Part shown: positions 50,409 to 64,000 of the stretch, in pieces
Numbering within the stretch: the first letter of the stretch is position 1
Layout: every line of letters starts with the position of its first letter
Assembly (NCBI GenBank): GCA_964035545.1
Contig: OZ037768.1
Location: 1,954,741 to 2,018,740, forward strand
Direction of reading: 5' to 3'
DNA length: 64,000 nt
Origin: Bugula neritina
Lineage: Eukaryota > Animalia > Bryozoa
Program-made: the position numbers and the translations under genes
The notes under the pieces: model-generated
The model's input: only the letters and a program-made list of their open reading frames with translations
Told to the model about the DNA's origin: nothing
Database searches by the model: none

Positions 50409-53400
50409 CTACTTGCGTTTCTTCTTCAGTAATTGTCCTTCACCTTGAAAAGCTGAAAAGATTTCAGATTCGCCCTGCAAGCCGATATAACACAGTGTTA
50501 ATCAGAGATTTTATGAAAGGTTAATCAACAGACAAAAAAAAATCAAATTTTGGTTGAGAAAATTTGCAATAAAAAAGAAAGTAACCTTTGATTCGGTCTG
50601 TTTAGATCTCCCATTTCTTATAAAAGTTATCTTCCCTCTTTGGTAATCATAGTTGGGTATTCCTCTACAATGGTGAAATATGAGAGAATTTAAAACTTGA
50701 GAAAATTATTTCTTGAAATACAGGAAAATTGACTCAAAAATTGCATTATGTCCGTCTCCTTATTGTAAATAAAACTAAATACGTTTCTAAAGCAACAAAA
50801 GTAGCAGAAAAGTATAATAAAAAAAAGAATTTTGTATTAAATACTTTGTGATGATACTCAATTGATATTTCTGAGAGTGCTTTTATGAGTTTTAGTAATG
50901 AAACTAGGTAGTATATTATGTGTATAATAACTGCTTATGCCATGATATAACCTTTCGTGTTGAGATAGCGGTGAACTTGTCTCGGCAGACGTGTTTTTCT
51001 TAGCTTTACCGTCTAATCTGTTTCCCTCGCAGCCAAATGCCTGAAGTAAAGCATTAAATCTCCAACACAAAATAAATCCAGACCATCAAAAATCTAATAT
51101 ATAAAAAACTGTTGCACACGACTACAACTCAAGCGAAATACTATTACAATTACTTCTGAAGCACTGTATACATCAGGAGTTCTCACAGGGGAATTTAAAT
51201 GATACTAGTCATGGCAAGAACAGTGAGTCGTACCTTAAAACCTGTCTGTGGTATCTTAATAGACGAGAAATCTACTCCATCTTCCTCCATTGCTTCGGCT
51301 GGTTTAGAATATTCCGGCTCAACATAGCCAACAGGCGGTGCAAAGTCCACCTGTAGTACACTCACACTGTTAGTATATCAGGTGAACATCACTATGAAGG
51401 ACTGACCCAGCATAAACAGCAAATAACAAGTAAACCTCTCAGTATCCCAGCTGATAGTCTCACCTATTTTTTGTAAAATAATCACTCAACAAATATTTAA
51501 ACTTGTAACAAATTTCTTCTTTTGAAAAGTTTCAAAATATAATAAACTATAACATAGTGTTACATTACTTTGGTTATGCAGAGTGTAAAATGTGGTGTAG
51601 AAGACTAGACTGTCCATACATACTGAGTGTAAGTAGAATTCATACTGAACACACCATATGCTCTCATGCAAATACAGGCTACACCCAATACTTTCATCTC
51701 TCAACAGCGACACAAAAAACTACACAGAGTTGTCCTTCCTTAGCACAAGTCGAAACATATTTTAAAATGAGAAAATAAGCTGAAATTAAGTCTTTGCACA
51801 AAGTTGAGCAGTGGCGAAAACTATACTAGCAACTCGTACAAGGGAGAGAAGCGAATGCTCACATTCATGTCGCACTCAATGATAGATACGGCTCCGGCGG
51901 GTCGTAACTCCAGTACGTTGAACTCGTACTTCTTGTCATTGTAGTTTATAGATATGATGTCATCGATTGTGAGGCAGGCAAATGTCCTCAGAGCTCTTTC
52001 TAGCACCGCCTTCGGGTTGCTGATGTCGAGAAACTCAACTGACTGCGGCTGCATTTTCACGTATTCAGCGACTGGCAGAGAGACACTCTCCAGCTCTATG
52101 AACCCGCCTTCTTCCACTAGAAGGTTGCGCATCATCTGCAACAGTGAGAGAAGATAACTCTGCAACAGCAGCTAGTAACAGTGAGAGAAGGTAACTCTGC
52201 AACAGCAGCTAGTAACAGTGAGAGAAAATAACTCTATACAAGTTTTCACAGGTACCATGAGTAATTATTGTAAACAAGCAACGTAAAATACTACTTTTGT
52301 TTAAAATGACAAAACATGCTTATATTTTTTTGAATCAAAGTGTTTGGAAAAGAAACTGCCCATCTACCCTACCAAGCTCTACCGAGTTTAAATTCATGCC
52401 TTTATATATTGAAGAAACTCTTACCCAGTAGGGCATGTATATTCTTCCTTCATCTGCCACAAACTCCAACACCCCACAGTGTGTCGACTTGGTGGCAAAT
52501 TTATTAGTCAGTTTGAACAACATTGGATACTGTATATTTCTCTGTGCTACAAAGTATATACTACATTGAATACTGTATATTTCTCTGTATTACAAAGTAT
52601 ATACTACATTGAATACTGTATATTTCTCTGAATTACAAAGTATATACCACATTGAATACTGTATATTCTCTGCATTATAAGGTATAAACAACATTCGATA
52701 TGGTATACTTCTTTTAATATCTTACTCAGCAATACATCTGTTTAGTGTAAAATATATTTCTAATAAACAACATTTTCGAATGAAGCTTAAATACAATTTT
52801 AAAATATTTGTTCTAAAGCCAACATAAAACTCTTCAAGAAAGGTAGAAAGTCTTATAATTCAGCTATTAGCACTTTATAATTAACATAGAGGTTATGCTA
52901 AAATGATAAAATACAAGCATTAAATGTAAGCAATTATTCAACCTGATTAAATTATAGAGAAACTTGTTGTTATGTTATAATACTTACTGAGTGCATCTAA
53001 AGCTGAAGGTGGCATAATAACTGCAATGAACAAAAACAATACTTTAAAAATATCATCACACAAACTATATTTTTATTCGACTATATTTCAATAAACTTGT
53101 GCAAATAGGGACATTAGAAGATTCTATTATATAAAAAAGTTGGAAATGCTTTCTAATCATATTTTAAGAAGGCCTAATTTCACTCACTTTTTCCACCATG
53201 TTCAACATCTGGTCTGTCTTTTCCTTCCATAAAAGACACAGGGAAGCATTTGTAAGTCTTGGCAAATAAACCCGGCCTCATTGCAAACTGAAAGTTGTTA
53301 AATTTAACTCATACCAACAGTTCGTAATAAAATCATGAGCTCGACTCATTTCTCAGTGTGAAAACACTGCAATGCTGTAGAATATCTAAAGACAAACAAT

Positions 53401-53431
53401 TATTATAACTTACCATGTCTAGGAAATTCAT
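50409..53431 (-). CDS. UFD1: Ubiquitin fusion degradation protein 1, p97/VCP cofactor (298 aa, 9 exons)
   Basis: Exons 53431-53414, 53287-53188, 53020-52988, 52546-52425, 52135-51863, 51350-51234, 51040-50952, 50664-50586, 50474-50409; 897 nt open. Motifs [53 protein letters not shown] and two SHP-like boxes. Confidence 0.96.
52521..52700. repeat. 43-bp tandem repeat overlapping the UFD1 exon-4 acceptor, about 4 copies
   Basis: Unit CATTGAATACTGTATATTTCTCTGTATTACAAAGTATATACTA at 52521, 52564, 52607, 52650. Confidence 0.9.
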
Positions 53432-56400
53432 GATGTAAACAACTCGAAGTAGCTGTGGTAGCGAGTCCAATTTAAATAGCAATTCCTATAAAACAATATT
53501 TACACATTTAGAAGGGAAGAAAAGTTTTCTTTTAATAGTAAAATAATTAATCAACAATTTTATCCTAAAAGTCCAAGCCCATCACATGCTGATACTTGCT
53601 AACTTAATTATATTTATATTCTAATGTATTAATAAATTTTTTGATACTATAATTCAATCCATTTGTCATGAAAAATTGATAAGCAATAAATATAATACAA
53701 ATATTGAATCATCATTATTTATTGATGATTATTACTGTAACCACTGTAATAATAATGATGACCATTAGCATAATCACAATAACCATCCTATACAATAATG
53801 GTACTATAATCAATAATTTGAATCATGACAATACTTCTAGTTAATAATAAAACTATTATTACTAATATTGGGATTATTAAATAGATAAAGTATTTTTGGT
53901 ATTTCAACCATTAGAACTATTCACATCATTTTTATAACAATTATCTAATATTATTTCACATATAATTTAGTTTTAAGATTTAGTATCACATTTCCAAAAG
54001 CAATGTCGTCAAAATCTATTTGGTTCAAGAATTAAATTTAACCCCCAAATTCCAAAACTCAAAGTCAAATTTTGTAATAAAGCACAGACTAGTGACTGCA
54101 GTGTAATAAGTAATGTCAAACCAAATGAACATACTGATACAGTTACACAACATTTAGTTTTACTATTACAGTATTGCTGTAAATATCAATATGATTATCA
54201 TTATGAGCATCAGTCATCTCTATGGCTATTGGCTATCACCTATTAGTATGACTATGAGTATCACTATGGCTATCAGACTCAGTATGAGTATGACTATGTG
54301 AAACTGAATACGATCCCATTTTCTAACATTTATTATTATAATATGTTTTATAGTTTATCATAAAATCAAAATGAAATCACAATAGTGAATAAATATGCAG
54401 AGTCAAATGTGATTTGTATCAAATTTAAAGCAAAAGTTGTGTTCAAAATGATATTTACCTAAGGCTAATCTTGTACTTGTTAATAGTAATAAACTAAACA
54501 TTCAAAGTAGCACTGACACACCCACGGTGACACTGGCTGCAAACTAAAACTTGAACTTAAACCTAAAAGTGTACAACTACACTTTTATAAACTTTAAACT
54601 TAAAGCTTTGCCTTTTGCCTTTGGGCCTTTAGGCTTTAGCATAATAATAAATATAATGATACTGATACTGTGATAGTCATAGTGAGAGTCACTAGTGACT
54701 GTTTAGTTATACTTAATCTTATACTTATAGTTATAGTCATAGTGATAGACTTAGAGCTCGACTCTAAAAGTAAGTCTAAGTGAGTGACTGTAAGTGTAAG
54801 TCTAAACTAAAAGTCTTGCTGTAAAAGTAAAACTTAAACAGAGTAAACTAAAACTTAAACTAAAATTTGAGGCTGAGCATTTAATTTTATTATTACAAAA
54901 AAAAGACAATAACTATAAGAACAGTATTCACATCTTGTGCTTGAAACTGTTATACGCATATCGCTATTATTAGAATGTTATAAACATTGTAAATCCCAAT
55001 GAATAATAATTAAATTCAACAAATTAATATATTGATGAAATGTCAAAAAGAAATCTTAGCAAAATCCACCTTGACCTTATTTTGCGCGTTCCTATCTTTT
55101 AATACAATCGCTCTAAAAGTAGGCGGAGCTAGTTCTAAAATACTAACAAGTAGGCGGAGCTTAGTGTGTTGCAGTACGTGTAAACAATTTGAAATTGTTC
55201 GTAAATACCAGAGTTACCTAACTAGTTTACCAAAAGCTCATTGCAATACATGTCACTGTTGTTAGAGTTTTCTCAAGGTGTTTAATACTGGAGACATCTA
55301 CACTTCAAATGGAGCATATCTAAGTTATTGAAGTTATATTGCAAACTTGTGAGGTATACAGGCATTATAGGCACTTGAATGAGCATTAGAAATAAAATTA
55401 CTAGCTACTGATTGAATATTAGCAAGTACAAACAGCTCTAGTATAAACCACTATTGCATTATAATATTTTCTCTAGGTTAAATTTCCAAGCATTGCTCCA
55501 GAAACTGCAGCGACATATATCAGGTAAAATTTAACTATCAAATAACTGATCACTGACTCAATATGTATGCATCCTCTAACAGCCAATTGTCTATTAGCAA
55601 TATTTTGCTCTTAACTGCAGATTCCCACCTATGAGTGTGTCTTTGAATCTTTTAGTCTTTCTCAGTTTTGTGCTGTTTCAAGAAATTATATTATGCAACA
55701 AATAGACAAAAAAAAGGGTTCGTGCAATCACCAGTTGGTTTACAATGCCTGTGCAGATAGAAGTTCTAAACTTCATGCAAAAATTTATTTTCATAGTCAA
55801 AATGAAGAACGAATGAAATGAACAAAAGTTTGACTAGAAATTTAAGCAGATAATCTAAGAAAAATAGTAATATTATATGATTTGCATTTGTACAATAGCT
55901 ACAATAGCACAATCTTATGGAATTACATAATTTCAATGATTGCAGATTTTATATAGAAGATTAGCTCCAGTTAACATAAATTATGTTATACAAAAGAAAG
56001 ATAAGATGGCTGAAAAATGTACAAAATTATTGCAAAATATGTTTGCAAATGTCCTGAAAACCTTTTGATGCCGAAAGAAATTATAAAAATCATTTTTTAT
56101 TCAAAAATTATAATTTTATTCTAAGTCATTATTGCAAATGATCAGATAAAAGGCACAGAAATGTGCACAAAATTACAAAAATATCTTAAAACTATTTGAG
56201 ATTCAAAATATTATTGGCACCAATTAGTCTAGCGCTGCGTCTAGACTGTGTTAGATAAGGAATTGGCAGGCTATTCAGGTTCTTCCGGAGTAAAAGGTAA
56301 CTTCCTGTCAGCTGACAGGTCAGCCCTGCAACAAAGTGGTTGATTATAAAGCGTGCCTTATTCTCTAAAGTATAATGCATTATACTGGATGTATGTGCGT

Positions 56401-56993
56401 AATACAGAATAGACCAATCACAAAGTCTGTACCAAATATGACCTTGAGAGTCGAGTACAAACTAATATGACATGCAAAGGGCCTGCGAAAAAATACACAT
56501 CAATTTCTCAAGATTTATACATGTTCTCAAACAATATAGGCTAATCTTACCAAGTACAATAAAACACAATAAAAGGACATTTTACATCTACATAGAAGAT
56601 TCCAAGGTATGACAACTCTAATATGTATTGTATTGAGGTGCAAGGAGTAAATAATGTGTTTTTATAAACTGCAGGCTGTCTGCTGTGTTAATACAACCAT
56701 GCATGAAGGGTTAACTTGACTAATTTACACAATGAATGACAAATTATGAAACAAGAGCACAACTCCAATTCGTCAGCCATGAAATAGAGAAGTACAATTA
56801 ATAAATTCACAATAACATAAATATTGTACACTGAAGTTGGCAGAGCAAAGACTGCTAGCACTCATAGCTACTCACTCAGTCTAAACTCTACGTAGTTCTC
56901 ACACTCTACTACAAAATGGGAGCACAACTCTAAACCTCTAACAGCTACATGTGACTACCAAGTATATCTAACTTTACTCCATGCAAACAACCT

Positions 56994-63834
<6,841 letters not shown>

Positions 63835-64000
63835 CTACAACAGTTTTTAAATTAAAATCATCATACCAGGATTTTCACCACTTAATTGCGAATTTATTGT
63901 CAACATTCTGTTATTTGTAGCACATTATCCAACTCCAAACATAAAATGGATACAATCAATAAAATCGCACTGCATCACCTCAAACACAATTCTTCAAAAT

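Overview
AT-rich, intron-containing animal genomic DNA. It is probably from an invertebrate with a compact genome, possibly a lophotrochozoan (inferred from composition and gene content only). Joining GT-AG exons in phase by hand gives ten protein-coding genes: an intronless, divergent Shaker/Kv1 channel (-); a 155-aa protein of unknown family with an RFX X-box-like site upstream (-); a 176-aa MS4A/CD20-like four-TM protein (+); a 329-aa protein joining an hnRNP C/NCOA5-type RRM to two BCL11-like zinc fingers (-); a TLCD1/2-like gene (-); two tandem sideroflexins (-); ADHFE1 (+); UFD1 (-); and the 3' part of a CaMKK (-). Also present are four MITE insertions from three families with clear TIRs and TSDs, a perfect 56-bp palindrome and many intronic minisatellites. 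The most notable observations are: (1) the RRM + BCL11-type zinc-finger architecture; (2) a second sideroflexin that is intact but has lost conserved motifs, and shares one near-identical exon with its paralog; (3) a Kv1 with the hallmarks of a regulatory subunit; (4) degenerate 6-bp-periodic tracts confined to housekeeping-gene 5' ends; (5) tandem duplications seeded on splice sites. Gene models are manual, and family calls rest on remembered motifs; no database search or transcript evidence was available.
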